Assembly: GCF_018350175.1 (NCBI RefSeq)
Contig: NC_058368.1
Location: forward strand, 175,772,001 to 175,836,000
Reading direction: 5' to 3'
Source of the DNA: Felis catus
Lineage: Eukaryota
Length of the DNA stretch: 64,000 nucleotides
Shown here: in pieces, positions 24,924 to 36,010 of the stretch
Numbering within the stretch: position 1 is the first letter of the stretch
Layout of the letters: each line of letters starts with the position of its first letter
Position numbers and translations under genes: made by a program
The notes under the pieces: generated by a model
What the model saw: only the letters and a program-made list of their open reading frames with translations
The model's database searches: none
Told to the model about the DNA's origin: nothing

Positions 24924-25695
24924 AGTGTGTCTGACACTTTTTGGAAGCTCCATTAAATTAACTGTGAAGAAATGGATTCGGTTACTTAAGAGTACACCTT
25001 CAGAACGAAGACAGGCCGAGGTCGTCACTGATTTCAGCATTCAGCCTGGACTGTGGGGTAGCATGCAGATTGAACAGGCAGTAGCAAAGTTGACCTTGTG
25101 TGCCCCCTCATTGTGCTGCCATCCGGTCAGCCTGTCGAAGGGGATGGCATCCAGAAGACACTACAGAGTTATAAAGAAACACTACGTCAGCCTGGGGTTG
25201 TCCTGAAACAAACCTTTATACTTGAACTTGGAGAGTGCGTGTGGATTTTAGGGTTTGTGTTTGGGATCCTAGAGGGGCTGGAGCTACAGAGAATGAAGAT
25301 AACCAGTCCCAAAGATGCAATTTCAAAGAATGACAGTAAAGGTTAGCATGGAGTAGGTGTTAGACAGTGCTTATTTGTCAACTAGAACATGTAAGCATTA
25401 GCATCAAATAGCTCTAAAGTTGTCGTGACCCTGTTGTACATGAATCTTGTAGCTTCGGTTTCCCTTCCTCATAAGAGGTGACAAAACATGGGACCCTAGA
25501 ATGTGTGAGGAAGTACGGACATCGGGTAAAAGGAAAAACATTTGCAGGCTCTCTGTCCAGGGCTTTTTCCTATCCTGCAAAGGCTGGTGAGTCTTGGGTG
25601 TGTTTATTTTATTCTCATGTTTATGTTTTTTAGAAAAGTTGAATGATCAATGAATGGCTTAAGTTTTGTAATAAAATCATTTGATACTCTTACTC
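24924..25695 (+). other. BOD1: BOD1 terminal exon 4 (3'UTR)
   Basis: Strong polypyrimidine acceptor (ttctcttttctttttag|AG). A candidate donor follows the stop (TAAG|GTCCGG at 23897/23898). AATAAA at 25670. The 3' end is approximate. Confidence 0.8.
25670..25675 (+). terminator. Polyadenylation signal AATAAA of BOD1
   Basis: Canonical hexamer preceded by U-rich sequence and a TGTA motif, at the end of the putative terminal exon. Confidence 0.75.
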
Positions 25696-28351
25696 CAAAG
25701 CCTCAACTGAATGGTAGCCTCCAGGCCTGTGACGGACAACCTTTGGCCTCTGTTGCATGCTGTGCCCATGCCCACACGTGATTAGTCTGGTGGTGGAGGG
25801 TGGGAGGAAGATTGGTGAACGTAACTTAGAGCTGCCCACCCCCTGAAGCTAGTAGGTAACACTAGACGTGGGCAGACAGTCCCTCTCCTCCCCTGGACCA
25901 TTACTGAGGCCTGTCGTCAGGTGAGGGCAGAACGTTCTGTCTATGTTCCTCTAACCTGCGTTTGCAGCAGCAGCAGCATCCGGGGATCTTGGAAAGATCG
26001 CATATTCTGACCCAGAAGTTCTGGGGTGGGGCCTGTGCCTGTTTCTCACGTTCTAGGTGATGCTCGTGCTGCTGGCCCTTGGCAAACACTTGGTACTGCA
26101 AGCCTTGAATAATATCCAAGAAGACTTAAGAGAGTCGTGGTTCTATCACTGGTTAGTGTCCATCCAGTAAACTTTAAAGCCTTTAGCTGGTTCCCTGTTA
26201 AAAATGAACCGCCTCCACCTTTTCCATTTCTTGGCTTGCAGTGAAGTTTGTGGCTTTTAGATTTGCAGGCATTGTTTGACCCTATTTCTGCCACTTAACC
26301 TTAGCTTCTGTTTACTCATGAGGGAAACAGGATCCCATGCACTCTGGATCACTCGCCAGCTCTGTGAACTAAATACATACAAGCAGATCCGTCACAGAAG
26401 TGGCGCTGAACACAGCGTCCCTGACCGGGAGCCTCAGCATCACCCCAGAAAGTGTTAGAAATGCAGTCCCCACCCCAGACCTGATTCACAGACTTGGGGA
26501 GGGGTGGGGGGGGGGGGGGGCCACAAGCCCTCCAGGTGATTCTGATGCACAGGAAAAATCATTTTCACCTGAAGAAACTTTTGGAAAGCTGGTGATGTTG
26601 ACTGGCAATGACGGTTTAGTTATAATTAGTGGGTAAACCTGTCTCTTCTAACGGCTCCCGAGGGGCGAGTCTCCTATTGATTTTTTTTTTTTTTTTAATT
26701 CTGTTAGTTCTTCGCAAGGACCGTGCTTTGGGGCATTTTGACTTGGAAACGTAAACCTCCTAAGCTTTCAAAACAAGTGTCTTCTGAAGATGAGTTTGCT
26801 AAGCAGCTCAGAACACTGTTGAGAACTCTGCAGAAGACTCCCCGGCTATGAAAGATGGAGGAGAGTTGCCTGTGGGACCCAGCAGAGGTCAAGGCCTGCC
26901 TGTGCCCGAGGCCCTGGATCAGCACTGATGGGGCCGGGCCCTGCCTCTCTCAGCTGCCCTAAGGATGCCGAGGATAGGGTGGGAAGCAGACAGGACAGGT
27001 GGCGCAGCCAAGCTTTCTTGGCATTATGTACTGCACCCTATCACCTTACCCGCGGAGGAGCCAGGAGGTCAACTTTTACGGTCTTGTCACCAGGGATGGG
27101 CTTGGCTCCAAGGCCACATGGATGTGATTACCCGTCCTCTCAAATTGGTCACACTGCCTGACACCTAGCCAGTCGTTCTGTCTCCAGTGCCCACACAGCC
27201 ATGTGGCCATCCTTCCAGAAACACTGCTTTTATCAAATCTCTTCCTCTCTCTCAAGCCTTTGAAAGGAAGTGGACAAACTAGGCCCCTACCAGGTGGCAG
27301 ACATTTTCTTATGTCTAAATGTAGTTTAATTCTCATGACCCTGTTAGGATTTATTCTCCATTTCAGGGATAGGAAACCTAGACTCAGGTGAAGCAACTTA
27401 CTCGTACACCTGCTAAGTGGGGGAGCAAGGCTTGAACCCAAGTCTCTGAATTCAAAGCTCACGTTTCCCTCCTCACCACCCCCTTGCTAGTCTGCCTCCT
27501 TATTACCTAAGTTCAAACTTGTCAGTCCTTTGGGGTCCACCCTTCATTCCAAATACAGGGCCAAAATCAAGTCAACTTGACCGCTTGGTACCTCTCAACA
27601 CGTACCCTTATAGCTCTAGCCAGTCTGTTCCCCTTGCTCAAATGTCCATCACAGGGCAGAGTTTGCTGAACGACCGACCGCCCTCTAACCATGTTCTATA
27701 GGCCATGGAGTTGTGACTATTGTCTACTGTTTTGTTTTTAATTAATTACCAACATTTTTAAATGGGGAGGTTTCCAGATAGAGCTCCATTTCTGGATCCT
27801 AATGAAAAATGTCAAGATTTGACAACACATTTACATTCCCACGGGCTAACAATCTGCCAGAACTCTGTAGCAACTCTCCCCTTGAGACAGCGTGTGGGAC
27901 ATGCGGATGTCACTGGCTGGTTCTCTCATTTGCAGCACGCTGCTGGCCCCTGAGAATATTGGAGATACTTGCCCTAGAGTATCATCGTCCTGTAAGATGA
28001 TTCAAAACATCTCCAGCTAGAGGGCCAGATCTTCTAGACTGATTTTCATGGAGACTAAGTTTTCAGCTACCTGAGGGCAGTTCTAGACTTCTCTGGCTTG
28101 GAATGGAGCCTGAAGTTCCCCCTCTAACATCTCCCTCAGGGTGTCCAGATTGAACCATCCAAGGACGAGCGAAGGTCACAGAACACTGCACACAGATGTG
28201 GGCTCAGGGTAAAACCAGCACACGGTATTCCCGGAAGCCCCTCAGACTCACCCTGAGTAGCCGTTTCTCCAGGGCCGAAGCCAGAAGAGGGCTTGTCGGT
28301 GTGGCCTAATCAATGTATGAAGCTTAAAACTTTGTAAACGAGAGAGCAAAG

Positions 28352-28915
28352 GGTAGCAGAATATGCCACGCCGGACATGCTACCCCCAAGTTTGCTGCTT
28401 TTTGATATATGGATTGCTTGGTGCTGCAGGGGCACTTGGAAAACAGCAAATACAGGGAGAGGCTGTCACTGAACTCCCATTATCTGTCTAAAGACCGATA
28501 CCCCCAAAAGAAACAACAGTTGCCACACAGATCCCCTCCCGGGAATTTATCCACCAGGGAGGACTGACTCTTACCACGAGAGAAGAGGCTAAAAGTCAAC
28601 CCCACACCCTGACAAACTTCATCACAAACTGTCACACCTCCCATCTGTTCTAAAGGTCCGTTCTCTTTCCCAAAAATCATTTACTCTCCCCTTAGAGGCT
28701 TACTTCCCCCTCTCCCTCTTCTTTCCCACTTGAGCTGGTATTTAATTCTGAATTCTAAGCCACCTCAGGGGATTTACTTATTCTTCCCTGGGTGTCCCCA
28801 TGGATACATGAGGTGTACATGTTAAGAAACGTGTTTTTCTCTTGTTAATCTATTACAGGGGTCTCAGCTAAGTGCTGGAAGAGAAGAGAGAAAATCCTTT
28901 CCACCCCTCTCTACA
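28352..28915 (+). mobile_element. Solo ERV LTR (MER34/CarLTR-like)
   Basis: Starts GTAGCAGAATATGCCAC, has a decayed polyA-signal region (TACATGTTAAGAAAC) and ends ...CCCCTCTCTACA. Confidence 0.6.
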
Positions 28916-30656
28916 GGAGCAATAGATTGGATATGACAGGGATGGCTGAATGTGGCCAAGTTTCTCCAGCACTCGTAGGGGGGAGCAGCATTCAGTCTCT
29001 ACAGACGTGATTCTGTGGGCATGTGGGAGAAGTTTGTCAGACTCAGACCCGCCGAAGCCTTAACGATGGCCGTCCCCACCACGATCCTACGAACTCCCAT
29101 AATGTGCTGGCGGTGCAAGGCTCAACATTTGAATCCCGACTCTACCATTTGGGCTCTGGGGCAGCATTAGTGATGACAGATCCTGTTGCCGCTGCAGTAG
29201 CTGAACAAAGAAACAGCAAAAGCTCATTAGGCCTAACACAACAAATTTCTCACTTACACAAAATGGCTGTGGTCCGGGCAACCCTCCAGGGCAAGGGCAA
29301 GGTGAAATTTCGCATCCTGGCTGCTCCAAGCTTTTAGCCCATCGACTTAACCCTAGACCTCTTCCTTAAGAGCACAAGAAAGGAAGAGAACAACAGAGGG
29401 TCTCGCATGAAGGATGAGTAATTTGGCCTGCAGGCGATACGCTTCCCTTTCACTCAGAGCCCGCTGGCCGCAGCTAGGCACGTGGCCATACCTAATTGCA
29501 GGGGCGCCGAGAGGTACAAACCACTCATGTGCCCAGGAGGAGAGGAGAATCAAATGGGGGGGGAGGGTTCCTAGGAGGCTACCTCCGTGTGCCCTCTCGA
29601 CCAGTGAATATGGTGTCTTCTTCCCGCAGAGATACTAATCCTGTTCCACGGGAGATGACCGTAAGTATCATCTAGTGGCCAGCCACATCCAGCTCAAGGC
29701 CCAGGATGTCTCCACCTGAGTGGTTAGGCACCTCCTCCTCCATTAGACCTCATAACTAAAGAGAAAAGTCATCTGCTTAATACCCCACCTAATCCTTAAC
29801 AGAGAAGTAACCGGAAAGGGGAAGCAATTCTGCTGTAAGGCCACTTAAACGCGGCATGGCAGGTGTCCCTTGTAGGTCCCACTCCGCCCTGCCGTTCTCT
29901 GCGGCCCCTAGCGCCACCCTCTGTGAGATTCTGCCGTTGCCATCACCCCCTCTGGCCACACCCAAACACCACACTGGGGAATCTGAATCGAGAGGCTGCC
30001 CAGCTTTCTTAATCCCCATCCTGTCCTAGGAGACTAGAGCCCCAAGGTCATTTTCGGTTCTGAGCTGAGACTTTTGGAGCCTCGGGATCGTGGGGGTTTG
30101 GGTCAGAATGGCTATCTTAATAAACGCAGTAGGAGTTTTACCTAACGGATTCCAACCAGCGACATGGGCCAGAAGCCCCATTCACAACTTTTTTGTGAGA
30201 CTCCACTCGTAAATCTGTTGTTATTCCTTTGCTCCCTCCCTCCCATACCTCTCTCTTGGTTGAAACTTTGACGCTATGGGACTTACGTGCAAAAGCCAAG
30301 CCTTCACGCTTTTTTCCCTGAGCCGTTCTGTCCACCTGAAAAGTTTGCCTCGGCAGCACATTTTTCATCTGATCATTGCCTGGAGGCCTTTGTCACACAA
30401 GCGTTCTCGACATTTGCTTCTTGCCATTTAGGGCCCCGAATCAGTTTGCTCACCTAACATTGCAAATCCTCAAATATCTGGACTCCCCTTCTTGCTTCTA
30501 ATGTCTGTTCACAAGCTGGAAAGTTTTTTGGCTGACCTCATCTTCTTGTAAGACCTTGCCAAACCCAGGCAACATCGACCACATGATGCTATTAAAAATC
30601 CCCTTTCCCATCTCTCCCCTTTTAGGTACATGATCCGCCCCTGCAGCCTTCTGTCC

Positions 30657-30833
30657 TTTTTTTAAATTCATTTATTTATTTTGAAGGGAAGAGAGAGCAA
30701 GCAGGCAGGGGAGGGGCAGAGAGAAAGGGAGAGACAGAATCCCAAGCAGGCTCCGAGCCACAAACCGCGAGATCATGACCTGAGCCAAAATCCAAAGCCG
30801 GACGCTCAACTGACTGAGTCACCCAGGCGCCCC
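30657..30833 (-). mobile_element. CanSINE with an internal deletion
   Basis: Head and tail are present; the B-box segment is missing at ~30755. Confidence 0.85.
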
Positions 30834-32064
30834 TGCCCTGACCAAACTTCCAGTAACGTCTGATGCACTTTGTTCGTTGATGATGCACAAATCGACAGAT
30901 CAGGTTTGCCCTTACTACATTACCTAAATTAAGCTCTTTATGTTGGAATAATTTCGTTTCGTTCACACGGAGTTGCGACAATACTGAGAGAGCCTGCATA
31001 AACATCGACACGTACCTGGTTTCTCTGTTGGTAACGTTCTGCAAAACAATAACATAATCCCGCACCCAGGACTACTTTATTTAAAAACTGATGGCCTTTG
31101 CCTTTATTTCTGGCCATTTGCACACCTGCATGATTTGGGGAGTGTGTCAGTGCCGTTATGCCTGAGCTTACTTTTGCACTGAGGCTCGTTGTTATATATT
31201 TTTTATTTTGTTGGTTTAACGGTTTGTTCATTCAAAAAAAAAAAATCTTTTTTTTTTTGAGCACGTACAAGCATGCCAGGCAGTGCCCTTTGCCATAGGA
31301 GTTCCAACGGTGACTGCAAAGGCATGGCCCTTCCCCATCGTGAATAGATTTCGCTGGTTTTCCGGAAGCCGAGGAAAGTGGTGTTTCAAAGTGCCACGGA
31401 GCTGACAGGAAGAGGGAGAAAGAGGGAGACATCCACCGAATTCCTCAACGAGGGCCGCAGCAATTTTGGCTGGAGAGCTAGGGGCAGTGCCTTGAGGAGA
31501 GGGACGAGGGAAAGGGAGGAGGGAACGGGGGCCCCTCTTCGGTAATGACTGACTTGTGTATTTATTTATGTGATTTACATAGACGCAGCTTGTGGGAAGA
31601 CATTCCAGGGGCATGAACGGGTTTCACAGGGAGAAGCTCCCCACCCGTGTCCCTCCCAGGTCCATACTTCCCCTCCAGAGACGGCAGGTGCATACACAAG
31701 CATGTAAGGTCCTACCTGTGTCTTTGGCTGGGACACGCTCCGCCCCTCTAACTGTCCCCAGGAGAGGTTCCTGGAGAGAAGACTGGTGGCAGGCTTAGGA
31801 GCTCTGAGTGGCCGGCAGGTCGTACGTATGGGCCTGGGGGTGGAGGCGATGGGCAAAATCCAACCAGCCACCTTGCAGTTGGAGTCAAAGACGCGCAATG
31901 ACCAGTTAAGAGGAGGTAGCCTGTTCTGAGCGCTTGCCACATGCAGGCCACTAACAGCCACCCCCGAGGTCACCCGAGGTCATCCAGCGACCGGTGTCAG
32001 AGATGAGCGTCCAACCCTGCTCTGTTCACTTCCAAAACCCAGCGGCTTTCCCCATTTGTGTTGC

Positions 32065-32470
32065 AGGAAAATACACATGACATAAAATTTACCATCTGAA
32101 CCATCTTTAAATGTCCCGTTCAGTAAGATCAGGTTCATTCACATCGTTCCACAACCACCACCACCATCCATCTCCAGAACTTGTGCATCTTCCCAAGCTG
32201 AAATTCTGTCCCCACCAACTCCACATTCCTCCTCCCCACCCCCCGTGACCACCTGCTCCTTCCTGTCTCTACAGGAAGTTCCAGGCCCCCACCCCACCCC
32301 CCGCAACCTCGTATAAGTGGAGCCATACCGTGGTTGTCCTCCGTGACTGGCCTGGTTCACCGAGTGCGACCATCTCACCTCTCCATCTTCGTCGGGTTTT
32401 GCCAGTTGTCCCAGCTCCACGCTGCACAGTGAAAGGACACAGTTCAGAATCACACGTTGCACTTAGTTGC
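32065..32470 (-). mobile_element. Old L1 3' fragment
   Basis: Contains ATACACATGACATAAAATTTACCATC and CCATCCATCTCCAGAAC, typical of a reversed L1MB 3' end. Confidence 0.7.
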
Positions 32471-32527
32471 CACATCTCTTTTGTCTCCTCCCATCGGCAG
32501 TAGTCTCTCTTTAAGGCTCCAGGTCAG

Positions 32528-32750
32528 AGGGCGCCTGAGCGGCTCAGTTGGTTGGGTGTCCAACTTCGGCTCAGGTCGTGATCTCACGGTTCGTGGGTTC
32601 GAGCCCCGCGTCGGGCTCTGTGCTGACAGCTCAGAGCCTGGAGCCTGCTTCGGATTCTGTGTCTCCCTCTCTCTGTGGCCCTCCCCCACTCACACTCTGT
32701 CTCTCTCTGCCTCTCAAAAAAAATAAAAATGTAAAAAAAAAAAAATTTAA
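32528..32750 (+). mobile_element. CanSINE
   Basis: Head, B-box, CT tract and A tail are all present. Confidence 0.92.
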
Positions 32751-33156
32751 GACTACAAGCCAGATCTTTGGTAGAATATCTCTTCAAGTGGGTTTGTCTG
32801 ATGACTGCTTAGGATTAGCTCCCAATTCTGCTTTCTCCTGTCCCTATTTATTGGTGCACATGTTTATTTCTGTCTGTATGGACCCATGGATTCCTGTTTC
32901 ACTCAACGTTTTGTACAATCTGGTGCCATCATTACCTCTTTCGGTGTCGGATTGTCCCAGATTTGGCTGCTGGGCAGCGTTTCAGGCCGGCTTTTGCATC
33001 CGTGTCACATCCCTCCATCTGTCCTTGGCCACCTGCTTACTTTCTGACACAAGGAGGTGGTCGAGGCTTATCTCGTGCTTTTCCGGCTCCTGCCCTGGGA
33101 TCTGCCGTTTCTCCAAGAAGCCTGATTCCTTTGTCTGGTATTTAAAAGTCAAATCT

Positions 33157-33382
33157 GGGGGCGCCTGGCTGGCTCAGTTGGTTAAGTGTCCCACTTCGGC
33201 TCGGGTCATGATCTCGCGGTTCCTGGGTTCGAGCCCCACGTCGGGCTCTGTGCTGACAGCTCAGAGCCTGGAGCCTGCTTCCGATTCTGTGTCTCCCTCT
33301 CTCTCTGCCCCTCCCCCACTCACGCTCTGTCTGTCTCTCTCTCAAAAACAAATAAGCATTGAAAAAAATAATTAAAAAAAGA
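33157..33382 (+). mobile_element. CanSINE
   Basis: Full copy with TSD AAAAGTCAA(A/C)TCTGG. Confidence 0.93.
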
Positions 33383-34599
33383 AAAGTCAACTCTGGATGT
33401 GCCACAACTCCCAGACCCTCTAGGGGTTCGTTCGAGTTTCTCTCCTTCCCTTAAGCGTCATTCTTTCTCTAGCCTCTCCCACTAACCTCAATACATTTGC
33501 ACTGGAACAGTCCCCTCTACACAGAACCTCCTCCTGTCATAGCCAACACCCCGCCCCCAGACAGATGGCCTCCCACCTGTTCAGGCTCTGACACCCCATA
33601 CTGGTCTACCGCCCCCTGTGCCCGTCTCCACGGACGCTTACCTAGTGGCTCAGTAACCGTTTGTAAACCCCTGACCTGAGCCCTGCTGAAAGGTCAAGTT
33701 CTTCCTGAGTTGGAACCGGCCAGGGGTGGTGACAATGAAGAAATGGCTAACGTAGTGAATCATCACCATGTGACAGCCCCTGCCAGGCAGGGCAGGTGAC
33801 TTGGCTGTCTTCGGGCTTGGCTACAAGAGGAGACGGCAGGGTCACCTCCTGGAGAGTGCCGTAGAGCCGCGAGAGAGCAGGTTTTGGGGGTCAAGCTAGC
33901 CCTCTGCGTTCTCTCTGTTCACGTTATTTTATTGTGTCCATCCCACTGCCCATCCGCCTTTCATGTCTCTTGCTATGGCTCCGTGTCAGCCCCTCGGGTA
34001 GCAGGCCGCCTGTCTTCCTGATGGCTGCCCAGGACTCATTCTTCATCCCCCCAGCAAGGCCCCCTCAAGCATACCCAGCAGGTTGGGGTAAAGGCTTTGT
34101 AGCCACGTGCACGAGCGGTAGAGACCAACAGAAACTTATTTATAGTCCATAAGTTACTAATAAAGTCCATAAATCTTACTAAGTTCATTCCAAGCACAAA
34201 TCTCCCCACAGAGGCTTGGGCAGGGGTGGATGGAAACAAAGTGAACATTATTGGACAAAACCCCCGTAGGAGGAGAACCGTGATACGTCATTCCACTTCC
34301 CCTCGCTAAGCCTGTGCCGGGAACACCCTGTGGATGGAAGTGGCAAACCACCGCCATCGGACCTGGAGACCCAGGCCCACCTCTCTCCTGCCTTGGCCCG
34401 GCCTCCCGCCTCCCTGCAAGACCACATCTGCACAGCTGACATCGGTAAAGTGGTCCTTTACTATCAGCAAAGCCTGTGGCCCCAACCCTCACACAGGACT
34501 CTAGGGAGACAGGCCGGACCACGCGGGGGGCTGTTGGCCCAAGCCAGTTCTGGGTTGACATGACCTTGAACCGAAATCAGCTTTAAGAAGGCCAGCTGT

Positions 34600-34820
34600 G
34601 GGGCACCTGGGTGGCTCAGCCGGTCGAGCGTCTGACTCTCGAGTTCGGCTCAGGTCGTGGTCTTATGGTTTGTGGGTTTGAGCCCCAAATTGGACTTCGT
34701 GCTCATGTGGGGCCTGCTTGGAACTCCCTCTCTCTGCCCCTTCCCCTGCTCGCACGTGCCCTTTCTTCCTCTCCCTCTCAAAATAAATAAACTTTTAAAA
34801 AATTAAAAAAAAAAAAAAAA
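34600..34820 (+). mobile_element. Older CanSINE
   Basis: Diverged full copy with AAGGCCAG on both flanks. Confidence 0.88.
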
Positions 34821-35619
34821 GGCCAGTTCTGCCTGTTTCCCTCGGTCTAAACCCTCCTCCTGGAACGTGTCAGGCCGGTAAGGTGCAAGGTGTCCCCTCT
34901 CCCACCTGGGGCAGAAGAGAGAGAGGGTGTGCAGCAAGAGAGCACGTGGGCCCCCAGTGCTGGAGCCCAGGACATGTCAGGCCAGAGAAAGCCCCATGCC
35001 GGGTGACCACGAGGAGGGAGGGACAAGAGAAATGGAGAGGACTCTTCCAGAGCCAGTAGAACAAGGTCTTCCTCTCCTTATTTGCCTCCCACTCACGAAA
35101 GAAAGAAGAGGAAGATGCCCAGCCTGCCCTCAGGGTGCAGAGCCAGCTCTGAGTCACTCTAATCTCAGGAGACGGGCAGAGAAAGGTGATAACTGAGAGC
35201 ACTGCACCTGAGCGTGGACCGGTATCTCCACGTGAGCCCCGTGGCCCAACAAGGGCCCTGGAATTTGACCAGTCCCTGCAGCACTCGTCCCCTGGCGAGT
35301 GGGGGTGTCCTTAGTGGGATCAGACCCAGGGCGGGCTGGCCCAGGGAGACAGGAGCAGACCTTCTGCAAATCTGCCCAGAGTTGTAAGAACCAGAAACAG
35401 GAGGTGTGCAGTTCCCGGCCATTGCCTTGGGGACGGTTCTTGAGGGCCCTGATATGGCAATGCCTGTGGACTTGGGGCCCATCCATTTGTGAGGAGTGAT
35501 ACAACCACATCCTCGAGGGACAAGGCACCCCAACCTCTACCTGTGTTATCTGGCAGCTTTTCTTGCTCTGTGGGCTCTGAGATGTGGCACTCTTGTCATG
35601 GCCGGGCTGTGTGGGATCA

Positions 35620-36010
35620 GGAGAGGAAAGGGCAGAGGAAGGAGAGGAGGGGGGAGAAGGAGAGGAGGGGGGAGAAGGAGAGGAGGGGGGAGAAGGAGAG
35701 GAGGGGGGAGAAGGAGAGGAGGGGGGAGAAGGAGAGGAGGGGGGAGAAGGAGAGGAGGGGGGAGAAGGAGAGGAGGGGGGAGAAGGAGAGGAGGGGGGAG
35801 AAGGAGAGGAGGGGGGAGGAGAGGAGGGGGGAGAAGGAGAGGAGGGGGGAGAAGGAGAGGACAGGGGAGGAGGAGAGGAGGGGGGAGGAGGAGAGGAGAG
35901 AAGGGGGGAGAGGGAGAGGAGAGGAGGGGGGAGAGGGAGAGGAGAGGAGGGGGGAGAGGGAGAGGAGAGAAGGGGGGAGAGGGAGAAGGAGAGGAAGGGG
36001 AAGAGGAAAC
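35620..36010. repeat. Purine minisatellite (GGAGAGGAGGGGGGAGAA)n
   Basis: About ten exact 18-mer copies from 35641, degenerating towards 36010. Confidence 0.95.

Noticed and set aside
17077..25695. Processed BOD1 pseudogene or the paralogue BOD1L1/BOD1L2
   Set aside because: It has introns, a CpG promoter and the short 185-aa layout with the Gly-rich N-terminus of BOD1 itself.
32548..33375. 275-aa ORF and other ORFs with ...SSPASGSVLTAQSLEPASDS... or ...RGRERGRHRI... motifs
   Set aside because: Recurrent translations of CanSINE consensus sequence, not genes.
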